NCBI GenBank assembly: GCA_951406725.2
Contig: OX597831.1
Location: 72,354,001-72,418,000 of the forward strand
Reading direction: 5' to 3'
DNA from: Octopus vulgaris
Taxonomy: Eukaryota
DNA: 64,000 nt
Part shown: positions 41,692 through 53,699 of the stretch, piece by piece
Numbering within the stretch: position 1 is the stretch's first letter
Layout of the letters: each line of letters opens with the position of its first letter
The notes under the pieces: generated by a model
The model's input: only the letters and a program-made list of their open reading frames with translations
Told to the model about the DNA's origin: nothing
Database searches by the model: none
Program-made: the position numbers and the translations under genes

Positions 41692-41988
41692 CTAGCAGTA
41701 TCGCCCGGCGATGCTCGGATTTGTAAGGGAAATAACTATATAAGCATTTTTAGAGAGTTATAGCCAAAAAATAGCAAAAAAATGCATTAAAAATGGAAAA
41801 AAAATGATGGTAAATTTTTTTTTAAATCGTTGACTCATCGTAGACGTGCGCTAATACCCAGAAGGGCTCGATATGAATCACGACTATAAGATACCCGGCT
41901 TTGGTTAAACTGCACCGCAAAATGTGGGAGTAGTTAGGAATCTAAATCGTAGGAGACAGACACACAACTTCACTTTTATGTATAAAGA
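41692..41988 (-). mobile_element. Non-autonomous Helitron, 297 bp
   Basis: Minus strand a|TCtttatac...ccgagcatcgccgggcgatactgCTAG|t: 5' TC, subterminal GC hairpin, 3' CTAG, A/T target. Confidence 0.85.
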
Positions 41989-43587
41989 TTTCGATCTACC
42001 TTGACTGAAGAGCACTTAAATTTCTTACCCATATTGTCCCCAGAAACTGACAGTACAAAGAAATTCTCATAAGTCAAAACTTTCTGTAAATATATTACCA
42101 AAAGAAAAAAAAAAAACAGATAAAGAAATATTTATGAAATGTGCTTCGTGCAGTGTATTTTCCACGAATGTTTAAAAAAAAAGATTGTATAGCTTTCCGG
42201 TTTTGGCACAAGACCAGCAATTCCACGGGAAGAATGTGTCGAATAGATCGATGCCAGTGCTCAACTCCTTATTTCATAGACTCAGAAAGAGTGAAAGGCA
42301 AAGTCAGTCTCTGAACTCAGAACGTAAAGACGGATGAAATGTCGCTAAGCATTTTCCCCGGCCTGCTAACGATTCTGTCAGCTCGCCGCCTCAAAATGGA
42401 AGATTATATTAACTCTGGGCTTTGTTGTGTTTTATTTCATCAATCTCCATCGCATCAAGCGTTGATATAAATAATCCCTAATTTACATCTCCATCGGTAT
42501 AGGGATTTTTTATTCACGCCAGTGACTTTGATGTGTCAGGTAACCGAACGCAACAAAACAGCAGTTACCCAGAATCCATTGCAAGTAGGAAGGGGATCAT
42601 TTCATGTTCATAGTCTTCTTGTATGGGCAGCAAGACCTTTCAGACCTTGTCGGATGTTACCCTACTGTCACTGGTAGCGGAGGGTTTCCATAATAGTCCA
42701 AGCTTCAGGGACCCCAAAACATTGGTCCACCACTGACCTTATTGGCGATGATTTTCTCACATTCTGTCAGAAAAAAAAATGTTTGATTTTCCTATGCATA
42801 CCAAACTGCAAACGAAGCTTCGTGGGAATTAAAATATTTATATATCAAGAATATAATACAGAAAGTTCAAAAGACTATGCCGAAGCGATAGCGCTAATAA
42901 TAGTTTGTACATCCTGTTACTTACAAAGTTACTAATTATTAAGGTAGTTATAGGAGAGGAAAAACATTTTTGTACGCAGGACAGAAGACTTACAGAGATG
43001 TTTTTTTTTTTTCCATGAAAGCCTTATCCATTTACAATAAACAAATGTATCTTAACCAGAAACACATTGCAGCACTGACGACAGATATGAATTACACAAA
43101 CCGTGAGTCAACCGTCCAATACTGTATTCACAAAGTCTTTCCTTCGTGTTTTAAAGGAAGTTGTGAATAACTATAGCAAAGTGATCGTTTGACAATAACT
43201 TTGGTCAGGAGAGCAGGAAAATGAAACATCGACTCAGTGTTACCAACTAAAAATAGGCGGCGTAACGCAGCTGAGTGAAGGCAGTTTGCCTGGGGTGGCA
43301 CGTTTGGATCTGTCGTATCATCCTGTATAGGTCTGGATGCTCGGGGCTGGTGGAGAACTCAAGGGCCGCCCGGTGAGGCACATACATTAGCTACACTATT
43401 GGACGAGAGCTAGCAGATTTAATATAGAAAATCCAACGAAGTTTGAATTTATTAAATATTACAGCCTCAGTGGACGCCACTGGTGGGTTCTCCGTCGGTC
43501 TCGACGTTGAGCATTCAATTGCTCGACCAACTGGAATATCCATGGAATAAACTGTGAGCGTCTGAATATTCCACATACACGTATACC

Positions 43588-44372
43588 TATTTCTTTACTA
43601 CCCACAAGGAGCTAAACACAGAGAGGACAAACACGGACAGACAAACAGATTAAGTCGATTATATCGACCCCAGTGCGTAACTGGTACTTATTTAATCGAC
43701 CCCGAAAGGATGAAAGGCAAAGTCGACCTCGGCGGAATTTGAACTCACAACGTAGCGGCAGACGAAATACCTATTTCTTTATTACCCACAAGGGGCTAAA
43801 CACAGAGGGGACAAACAAGGACAGACATAGGTATTAAGTCGATTACATTGACCCCAGTGCGTAACTGGTACTTAATTTATCGACCCCGAAAGGATGAAAG
43901 GCAAAGTCGACCTCGGCGGAATTTGAACTCACAACGTAGCGGCAGATGAAATACCTATTTCTTTATTACCCACAAGGGGCTAAACATAGAGGGGACAAAC
44001 AAGGACAGACATAGGTATTAAGTCGATTACATCGACCCCAGTGCGTAACTGGTACTTAATTTATCGACCCCGAAAGGATGAAAGGCAAAGTCGACCTCGG
44101 CGGAATTTGAACTCACAACGTAACGGCAGACGAAATACCTATTTCTTTATTACCCACAAGGGGCTAAACACAGAGGGGACAAACAAGGACAGACATAGGT
44201 ATTAAGTCGATTACATCGACCCCAGTACGTAACTGGTACTTAATTTATCGACCCCGAAAGGATGAAAGGCAAAGTCGACCTCGGCGGAATTTGAACTCAC
44301 AACGTAACGGCAGACGAAATACCGCTAAGCATTTCGCCCGGCGTGCTAACGTTTCTGCCAGTTCGCCGCCGC
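43588..44372 (-). mobile_element. SINE family A tandem tetramer with a single 21-bp TSD
   Basis: Four ~185-bp units, one head; TSD tattccac(a/t)tacacgtatacc at 43567-43587 and 44373-44393. Confidence 0.92.
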
Positions 44373-45278
44373 TATTCCACTTACACGTATACCTTTAATG
44401 AAATTCTCTGGAGGAATGAGCGAGACACATAGTGATGAGGCTGGACCTTTGAATTACAACTCAAAGAGAGGGAGGAGAATTTTCGGCAATTTTGGACAGA
44501 AACTTTATTTATCGACACCGAAAAATAAGAGACAAAGTTGACACCGGCGTGAATTGAACCTAAAGCACAGAGGCTGGAATAGATACGGTAGGACATTTAT
44601 ATTCGCCGCTCTATCAATTCTACCAATCTTCTGTCTTAATAGTGAGGATAATCATTTTCTAAATGACTAATTCTAATAACTGAAGGCCAATGGGAAGACA
44701 AAGTTGAACTAATTAGAATTAATTAAATAAGGCATACATTGTAGAATGAGCCACGGGATTTTAACAACGTCGATAAGTAATGTTATTCAGTATAACCTTA
44801 TTTATCTAGACACTTGATGAAAGGGTTTGTTGTGGGGTAGGTGCGTTAGTTTCTTGTGAAAATCTCATAAATTATGAATCTATTACATAAGTAGATATCA
44901 CCTTATCAGTTAACATAGAGACACCCGGTCTATTATCACTGTTTACTGTTTTATAATAGTCTGCCAACAAAACTTGGATTTATATAACGTTTTCTCTTTT
45001 TTTTTTCTGTTGTCATGAATAAAGGGGAAAAAAAAACAGCATTAGAAATTCAAATTTCAAAGCAATTGTAATTCTAATTGCTTGTGTTGCCTGACAAGTA
45101 ACAATAACAAAAGCATATCTACATACATGCGTGTATTACATATATACTTATTCGTGCTTCACATACCAACACATCAGTTAGATCTTTATGTGGTCACTAA
45201 AATAGCAATCAAATATACTCCAAACTGCATCTTTATGTTCTTTATGAACGAAAGGACACCTCAGTAAATGTCGTAGGT

Positions 45279-45441
45279 ACAGCTGTCTTAAGATATGGAC
45301 ACACTGGACAGTTGCCCTGGTCCCTACAGGTCTAGGACCCAATTTCTGATCTATGTACGCTGTGGCTTGTGATCAATAAATATTATAGGTCCTCTGAATT
45401 CATTTCCTCGAGTGTCCCCTCATGTGGTTAAGACAGCTCTG
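45279..45441. mobile_element. Short decayed MITE-like element
   Basis: Terminal inverted match agctgtcttaa / ttaagacagct. Confidence 0.45.
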
Positions 45442-45781
45442 GCAGTAGGGCTACGCTGTTTCTGTGAAATAAATATTAGACGTTTTGACCACGGCTTGAA
45501 TTCTCTTTATCATAGGATTGCCTAATACTCAGTAATGGCCGACCTGGGTTAAACATGGAAGACGGCTACAAAAATAACATCAACAACACAATACTGTACT
45601 GTTGAAAAAGACGCAATTGCATGCCCATGTTTATTGTATAATATATACATACACACATACATTCCTCTTGGGTTGATAAATAAGTACCCGTTCAGCACAT
45701 GGGTCGATGTAATCAACTAGCCTCTCCTCCGAAACTACTAGCTACGTGCCAAAATTTGATACCATTATTAATACTGCTGGA

Positions 45782-46490
45782 GGTGGTGAGCTGGCAGAAA
45801 CGTTAGAACGCCGGGCGAAATGCTCAGCAGTATTTCGTCTGCCGTTACGTTCTGAGTTCAAATTCCGCCGAGGCCGACTTTGCCTTTCATCCTTTCGGGG
45901 TCGATTAAATAAGTACCAGTTACGCTCTGGGGTCGATGTAATCGACCTAATCCGTTTGTCTGTCTTGTTTGTCCCCTCTGTGTCTAGCCCCTTGTGGGTA
46001 GTAAAGAAATAGATATTTTGTCTGCTGCTACATTCTGAGTTCAAATTCCGCCGAGGTAGACTTTGCCTTTCATCCTTTCGGGGTCGATTAAATAAGTACC
46101 TATTTCTTTATTACCCACAAGGGGCTAAACACAGAGGGGACAAACAAAGACAGACATAGGTATTAAGTCGATTACAACGACCCCAGTGCGTAACTGGTAC
46201 TTAATTTATCGATTAAATAAGTACCAGTTATGCACTGGGTTCGATGTAATCGACTTAATCCGTTTGTCTGTCCTTGTTTGTCCCCTCTGTGTGTAGCCCT
46301 TTGTGGTTAGTAAAGAAATAAGTATTTCTTTTGGTCCTTTACGTTCTGCGTTCAAATTCCACCGAGGTCGAGTTCGCTTTTAATACTTTCGGAGGCGCCA
46401 GAATATGTACCAATCAAGTACTTGGGTCGATGTGATCGACTTGCCGCTCCCTTTAAAATTGCTGGCTTTGTGCCTTAATCGGAAAGAATT
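45782..46490 (+). mobile_element. SINE A cluster with a nested antisense 5'-truncated copy at 46101-46208
   Basis: tcgattaaataagtacc duplicated at 46084-46100 and 46209-46225 around the inverted piece. Confidence 0.8.
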
Positions 46491-47829
46491 AGTGCTACTG
46501 TAATTATGCAAGTATTTAGAATTAACATAACAATTGAGAAAGCGACAGCAAGTTTGCTTTTATTTTCATTTTGCAGCAAGAGAAAAAAACAGTCTTTACA
46601 GCTTAGAAAACATAGGCTTAACTTTTAACAATGTCATTCTTTGTGCAGATAAAGATTTTATTTTTCACGTGGACATTGGCGTGGAGCTTGTGGAGTTAAG
46701 TAGGGAGTAATAGCCTTCGTGCGGCTAATGTTTTATTTTTTAAACTTTTACTTGTTTCAGTCATGCTAAGAGTTTTGCTCGAACTAATCCTTCTCAGGAC
46801 TTATTTTTTTTAAATCCAGGAACTTATTCTACCTGTAACTTTTGTCGAACCGCTAGGTTATGGGAACATAAACACACTAACACCGGCTTACAAGGTTCTT
46901 AATTTGAACTCATGTGTTGAAATAGATTTTGTTGTATTTAGGGAGGGTCATTATACCAATGATTACACACGCACTGGTATTTTACTTCTTTATTTTATAA
47001 TCGATTAAGTAATCGATCGTTTGATTAATCGTTCGATTAATCAACCAATACATCAATCAGCTCTGTTTGCCAAAGTCATTCAGTTGCCTTTCGTCACCTC
47101 ATCATTGATATGCCCTCTCTAGAACCTGTGCTTATGTTTACTGTCGACATAATGATCCTCCCGGGATGCAACCAAATCTCATTTTGTTTTCCCATTAGTG
47201 TACTGAAATATCGTCATTTTGTTCCGAGGGTCTTGTTATTTGTGAAGTTGAGGACAGCTGGTTTGGCACTTGGGTAACAACTTGCCGATTGCGTGACGAT
47301 TCTCTACTTGAAAACCAGATGTTTTCTGATAACCGTATTAACCAACAGCATTAAGGACTCACTTCAGTGGCGATACATTTGTTACTCATCAACAGAGAGC
47401 CGATTCTCAGTCCCGGAAACTGCTAGGAACAACAGCTAAATCTCCCTCCTGTCTCAAATTAAATCACATGCTTATACATGCTCACACATACATATACACG
47501 CACACTGAGAGTAGCGTTGCTAAAGAGGAAAGGACAGTCAACTGTGGCCGACACTTTTACGGTGGCGGCACTTTTAGGTCTGTTGTACAAGCCTGTATAG
47601 GGAGCGGGGAGTGGCGGAGGTATCAGACTCAAGGCTGCTCCGAGCGGCACACACTTGAGCAACTGCACACACACACACACACAAGGGTTGTACCGAAAAT
47701 AAATCAAAAGTGGGCATAACTTTTTTATTAACTGACATAGATTGTATAAATTTCGCATATTGGTCGAGTAAACATTTCCTTTTCCTGTATAGTAAGTCCT
47801 CATCCTGGTCTTCTTGATTGCAGTGAAAT

Positions 47830-48133
47830 AATGGGATCCAAGCAGAAGCAACGTGCCGTCATTGCATTCGTATAGAAGGCAAGGTGCAGGCTGTCCGACA
47901 TCCACTGAAGGCTAAGGTGTTTTATTTACAAAAATGACACCATTGACAAAAGCAATGTGTACAGACGCAGGAGTGACTGTGTGGTAAGTAGCTTGCTAAC
48001 CAACCACATGGTTCCGGGTTCAGTCCCACTGCGTGGCATCTTGAGCAAGTGTCTTCTGCTATGGCCCCGGGCCGACCAATGCCTTATGAGTGGATTTGGT
48101 AGACAGAAACTGAAAGAAGCCTGTCGTATATAT

Positions 48134-48167
<34 letters not shown>

Positions 48168-48690
48168 CTGTGTGTCTGTGTTTGTCCCCCTAGCATTGCT
48201 TGACAACCGATGCTGGTGTGTTAACGTCCCCGTCATTTAGCGGTTCGGCAAAAGAGACCGATACATTAAGTACTGGGCTTACAAAAGAATAAGTCCCGGG
48301 GTCGATTTGCTCGACTAAAGGCGGTGCTCGAGCATGGCCGCAGTCAAATGACTGAAACAAGTGAAAGAGAGTAAAAGAGAGATGGATGAAGAAGTTTAAA
48401 GAAGTGGAAACCAGTATTGAACGCAAATCATGCAAGGCGTGGTGATCATTAATTGCGACCACTGATATAAATCGCCAGTGCGGACAGATGGACAGACGAG
48501 CCACAATTTGTGAACTTTCCTTACAACTGGACTCTGGTCACAATGCGTTATGAGTACCACGGCAGATGACACTCGGTTTGAATAGGAGAAAAATGGAGGT
48601 ATGCTCTGATATGCTGCAAGTGTTTGAGCCATTGAAGACACGTTCCTTGTTTAGGTTTGGCGACAGGGGATAAAAGGTGGGCATATTTTT
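47830..48690 (+). mobile_element. Very decayed mariner fragment split by a SINE B copy
   Basis: MGSKQKQRAVIAFV*..SDIH*RL resembles a mariner N-terminal HTH; right boundary uncertain. Confidence 0.45.
47966..48380 (+). mobile_element. Full-length SINE family B
   Basis: Matches the 16107 copy. Confidence 0.88.
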
Positions 48691-48818
48691 ATGATTAAAT
48701 GAAAGCTCAGCCCACAGAAAACGTCAGACCTTTCTTTCCAAGACCCAAGAAATTCAAGAATCAGCGGTCAGTACAAAATCAAGGTGAATGATTCTGGTAC
48801 AAATAAGTTTGGGCTACA

Positions 48819-48857
<39 letters not shown>

Positions 48858-49131
48858 TACACATACGCACGCACATACACACAACTCTAGAATTCAATTG
48901 TAGATGTAACCATGATGTTCCGATGATCCGATGAATTGGCTTTCTTAACTTACACTAATTAGCGAATATGCGATTGTGTTGTAGGCACATTCCAGCAAAT
49001 ATGTTCGGGTAATTTTGTATGCTGAAATTGATCACAACATGAAGAAGATTACAAAACGGGTGTAATCACATGGAAGTCATATGGAAAAATAATTCTGTCT
49101 TCTCCTCTCACACATTCTGGCTTTTTAATTT

Positions 49132-49165
<34 letters not shown>

Positions 49166-49173
<8 letters not shown>

Positions 49174-49679
49174 ATTTAGGAATGGTCATGTTGCCAGTTT
49201 AGCCAATAAAAACACACGCACTATATATTTGGTGTTACTTTGCGTCAGCGTTATTTATTTTTTACATTACTCTTAATCTTATTTCGGCCAGAGTTCTTTC
49301 GTCACACTCCTGTGACCGCATCAGTGGTCCTTTGCTTTCTTCTTTCTTATTTGTGTGTCTCTCCTTACTAACGGTCAGCCATTTTGTATTTTGTATTCCT
49401 ATTGTATGTGTCTTTATTTGCGCATGTGTATACCTCTGCATGTGTCAATGTTTAGTTAATGTGTGGTGGGGGAAAGGGCTTGTAATATTTGTATCTCCTG
49501 TTTATACACGTTTGTGTAATTTGTTTTTGTTTATTTTGTTCATGTGTTTACACCTACTTATTATTATTCTTTTTTTCTGGTTGTATTTAGTTAAATTAAT
49601 TTTTTTTCTTTAATTTTTTTATTGGCTAAACTGGCAAAATGACCATTCAACACACGATTTCACATCAAGAATCTTACAA

Positions 49680-49685
<6 letters not shown>
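49166..49685 (-). mobile_element. Non-coding element in (TA)n with a short inverted repeat and a hammerhead motif
   Basis: 33-bp inverted pair 49180-49212 and 49616-49648; (TA)n flanks. Confidence 0.7.
49286..49330 (-). ncRNA. Minimal type I hammerhead-like motif, non-canonical position 9
   Basis: Minus strand ggacca CTGATGC g gtcaca ggag tgtgac GAAA gaac TC tggcc: 6-bp stem II, stem I cca/tgg, UC cleavage site. Confidence 0.65.
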
Positions 49686-49747
<62 letters not shown>

Positions 49748-49852
49748 CCAAACAAGAAAACACAAAAAGAAAACACAAAAAAACACAACAACGCGAGGAC
49801 GTGGAACAAATATAGTATTATTGGACGCTCAGGAAAGTAGGGAAGAAGGAGG

Positions 49853-49887
49853 GTTTAACGTTTCGAGCGGAGCTCTTCGTCGGAAAC
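49853..49887 (-). ncRNA. Hammerhead motif, left arm, core mutated to CCGACGA
   Basis: Reverse complement of the 50551 motif with one core substitution. Confidence 0.55.
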
Positions 49888-50550
49888 ATAGGAGAAGGAA
49901 AGATCCCGAGAAGGGAAGACAGAGGGAAAAAATCGCCAACGAGAGGACAACAAGTGTTAAGACAAGGCAAACATCTCAAGTCATACACATTATTATTATT
50001 GAAAAAAATTCAAAGTCTTACAGCTGTTTCTGGGATATCCCAGAGTATGAGATATTCCGTCATCGAAGACAGAGGGAAAGGGAGAAGGGTATAGATTAAT
50101 GAAATGCCGACATAGAGGAGAAGAGTAAAGGAATAAGGAGATGAACAAAGATAAGAAAAAAAGAAGCATAAAAGTTCACAGTTCAACTTTCCGATCTTGT
50201 AGAAATAAAATCTTGTAGAAATAAAGTCCTTAGGTGCAATCCTGCGTAAATCCATGTAAGTTAAAATCCTCCAATACTAATGATGTATCTGATTTGAGAT
50301 GTTTGCCTTAACGTTTGTTGTCCTCTGTAACAAATATATATCCGCCATATTGGATATCTGCAATGAGTCCGTAACCACCGTCTTGGTTGTAACCTTGGAG
50401 CCCTAGTAATCAGTTATAGCACTTAGCTAGCGTACCTAATCATCTAGATCACCTGTGAACTAAACCCCCATGTTTTGTATATATATTGAAAATGATGTGA
50501 CCGCGATTTTTTCCTCCGTCTTCCCTTCTCTGGATCTTTCCTTTTCCTAT

Positions 50551-50585
50551 GTTTCTGACGAAGAGCTCCGCTCGAAACGTTAAAC
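50551..50585 (+). ncRNA. Minimal type I hammerhead ribozyme motif
   Basis: gttt CTGACGA a gagc tcc gctc GAAA cgt t aaac: stem I gttt/aaac, stem II gagc/gctc, palindromic aacgtt stem III. Confidence 0.75.
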
Positions 50586-50681
50586 CCTCCTTCTTCCCTT
50601 CCTTCCTGAGCGTCCAATAATACTATATTGTTCCACGTCCTCGCGTTGTTGTGTTTTCTCTTTGTGTTTTCATGCTTGAAT

Positions 50682-50735
<54 letters not shown>

Positions 50736-50738
<3 letters not shown>

Positions 50739-51979
50739 GGGTTGGACAAAATAATGGAAACACCTAGCATCATAATTTTGAAGTATCTATAAAACCGTCA
50801 AAAGCTTGTTTATTTTTATGGATTTTGATTTATTATTAGTGTTGCTTAATATGTTTTGCTAAAATTGCTGTCTCTTTTCAGGTATCATCAGAAAAAGGTA
50901 ATTAAAATACACTAAAATGACAGAACTATCGGGCCTTCAAAGAGGTCAAATTGTTGGTGCTCGTATGGCAGACGCTAGCGCAACGAAAACAGCTTAAATG
51001 TTTGATGTATCAAGAAGTACTGTCTCGAAAGTAAAGACAGCCTTTGAGAAAGAAGGAAAACCCTCCTCGTCGAAACAAAACTCCGGAAGAAACCCAAAAC
51101 TTTCAAATAGGGACCGTCAGACTCTTACGCAAATTGTTAGAAAGTATCACAAAAGTACAGCTCCCAAAATTACTGCAGAGCTTAATGACCACCTTGAGAA
51201 CCCAGTTTCCATAAAAACTACTCACCAGGAGCTGCACAAAGCTGGATTTCATGAGAGGGTTGCAATCAGAAAACCACTACTTTCAAAAACAAACGTTGCA
51301 AAGCGCTTAGAGTGGAATAAAAACCTACAGAATTGGTCCCTAGAGCAGTGGAAGAATGTTATTTTCTCGGACGAGTCCTCCTTTACCTTATTTCCGACCA
51401 CCGGCCGAGTATACGTGTGCAGAAAGAAGCATTTGATCTAGACTGCCTTCTTCCACTGTTAAACTTGGAGGAGGATCTGTGATTATCTGGGAGTTTATAT
51501 CTTGGAAATCACCAGTCCAATGGTTTCCCTCCATGGCAGAATTAATAGTCAAGACTATTTAAGCATTTTATCTGATCAAATTCATCCTATGGTTGCGGAA
51601 CTGTTTCCGGAGGGAAACGCAAACTTTCAAGATGATAATGCACCAATTCACAGAGCTTAAGTTGTTATTGAATGGCACGAGGAACATTCTAGTCAAGTTG
51701 AACATCTTATCTGGCCACCATAGCCCCCAGATCTCAATATTGTTGAACATTTATGGTGCATTTTAAAAAAAGCAAGTTAGGAGTTGATATCCCCCACCAT
51801 CATCACTACAAGAATTGGAGACTGTTTTACCTGATGAATGGACAAAAATTACTTTAGAAACAATTCAAAATTTGTACCTCGTAGAATTCAAGATGTAATT
51901 ATCACCAAAGGCAGTCCTACTCCATTTTAAAATTAATTTATTCGAAATTTTAAGGTGTTTCCATTATTTTGTCGAACCC

Positions 51980-51982
<3 letters not shown>
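50736..51982 (+). mobile_element. Tc1 (DD34E) DNA transposon, full length, defective
   Basis: TIRs caggggttggacaaaataatggaaacacct and aggtgtttccattattttgtcgaacccctg within (TA)n; transposase from ATG 50917 with WKNVIFSDES, FQDDNAP, PDLNIVEHLW; stops and frameshifts. Confidence 0.95.
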
Positions 51983-52052
<70 letters not shown>

Positions 52053-52070
52053 TATACATATATATATATA

Positions 52071-53570
52071 GACACCAATTTGCAATGTTTCACCAAAAAG
52101 GAAAACTATAACTGTTATTAAATGTAACTAGAGTGTTAGACTCGTAAAAAACAAAGCCATCCCCATTATAAAAGGAATATTCCAGGGAGACACGCTCTCT
52201 CCACTCCTTTTCTGCTTGGCACTGACACCTCTATCTGATATGCTAAACAGAACTGGATGTGAATACAAGTGTTACGGCAAAACAATCAACAATCTCTCAT
52301 ATATGGATGATCTAAACCTATATGCTACAAATGATAAACAGCTGCAAATAGACAGGAAAACAAGAAAAATAATGACAGGATTTAGGATGCACCACTCAAA
52401 ATCTGACATAGAAAGGTTATATATACAACGTAACGAAGGTGGTAGAGGCCGTATACAGCTGGAAAACTATTATAAAATAAGCACCATGGGACTACAGAAA
52501 TACCTGCTTCAGAAGCAAGAAAAACTGATAAATATAGCCACAAAACACGAACAAAGTTTTTAAAAAATGTTTTCAGTCTTTAAGGAAGCTGAAAAATACA
52601 AAAAAGAAGTCATAGTACCTAACAACTATGAAGAAAAAGAAGAAACAAACAAAAGCTGTAAAAACAACTGAAATCCAAACTAAAACTGGAACAGCAATGG
52701 ATCATGATGAAGCGATGGCAAGAAAAGCCCCTTCATGGGAAATACTGGGTTAGACTAAATAGAAAAGAAATAGACAAAGCAAAATCCCAACAAAAGCTGA
52801 GAAGCTCAGGACTTAAAGCAGAGAGTGAAGGATTTTTAATCAGAGCACCAGATCAAAGCCCACCACCAGAAATTACCCAAAACATGTAATGAAAAGAAAT
52901 GCAACAATTAGCGGCAGAATATGTGGAAACTGAGAAGAAGAAAAAACAATAAATCATATTGTCTCTGACTGCCTGGTCTTGGCTAAGAAGGAATGTATTC
53001 ACGGTCACGACAGAGTCGGGGCCTATATATACTGGAAGGTTACAGAAAAGGTCACAGAAAATGAGAAAGCAACCATACTCTGGGATATGCCAATACACAC
53101 AGATAGACAAATTAAGGCTAATAGTCCGGATATAGTTGTCAGAGATCACCAAGAAAAAAAATGCTTTCTAATTGATGCATCAATACCAACAGATGATAAT
53201 GATTCTCTAAAAGAAACATAGAAACTTTCAAAATACAAAGATCTGGAAATAGAGGTAACTCGAATGTGGAGTCTAAAAACAGAAACAATTCTTAACATAG
53301 TAGGCGCAATAGGTATGATAAAAAAAATTTCAGACAAATACATAGCAAAAGCACCAGGACCAACAAGTACATAGAACATACAGAAAATAGCACTACTGGG
53401 CACCGCACTCATCCTACGTAAAACACTTTCAATACAGTATAAAGAAGAACATCACAACAAACCACAGCACATAACCAAGGTATGCAAATCTGTGCTCGGT
53501 AGTACAGTGAAAGCACGGGATAGAAATAAGACTACTGAATAATAATAATAACAATAATAATAATAATAAT
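52071..53570 (+). mobile_element. 5'-truncated R4/Dong-clade LINE (RT plus restriction-like endonuclease) with (TAA)n tail
   Basis: KGIFQGDTLSPLLFCLAL, YMDDL, ERLYIQRNEGGRG, LHGKYW, TINHIVSDC..HDRV, ILWDMPIHTD..PDIVV..LIDASIP..KYKDL; tail at about 53538-53570. Confidence 0.9.
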
Positions 53571-53699
53571 CCTTTCTACTATAGGCCTCCGAGCGTGTTC
53601 CCAGACCGTCGTCTGGTTGTGCGCGGTTTCATACGGGTCGTCCGGGGCGTAATGGGAGTAAAAAACACAGTCCCATACCCGAGATGCCATGGAGAGACA

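Larger units (their letters stand above)
49745..50687. mobile_element. Non-coding fold-back element in (TA)n with a hammerhead in each arm
   Basis: Arms about 49760-49935 and 50503-50672 are inverted copies; inner inverted pair about 49940-50000 and 50270-50327. Confidence 0.8.

Noticed and set aside
43588-44372. Regular repeats as a possible CRISPR array
   Set aside because: Units are ~185-bp near-identical SINE bodies with no unique spacers, no cas genes and a eukaryotic context
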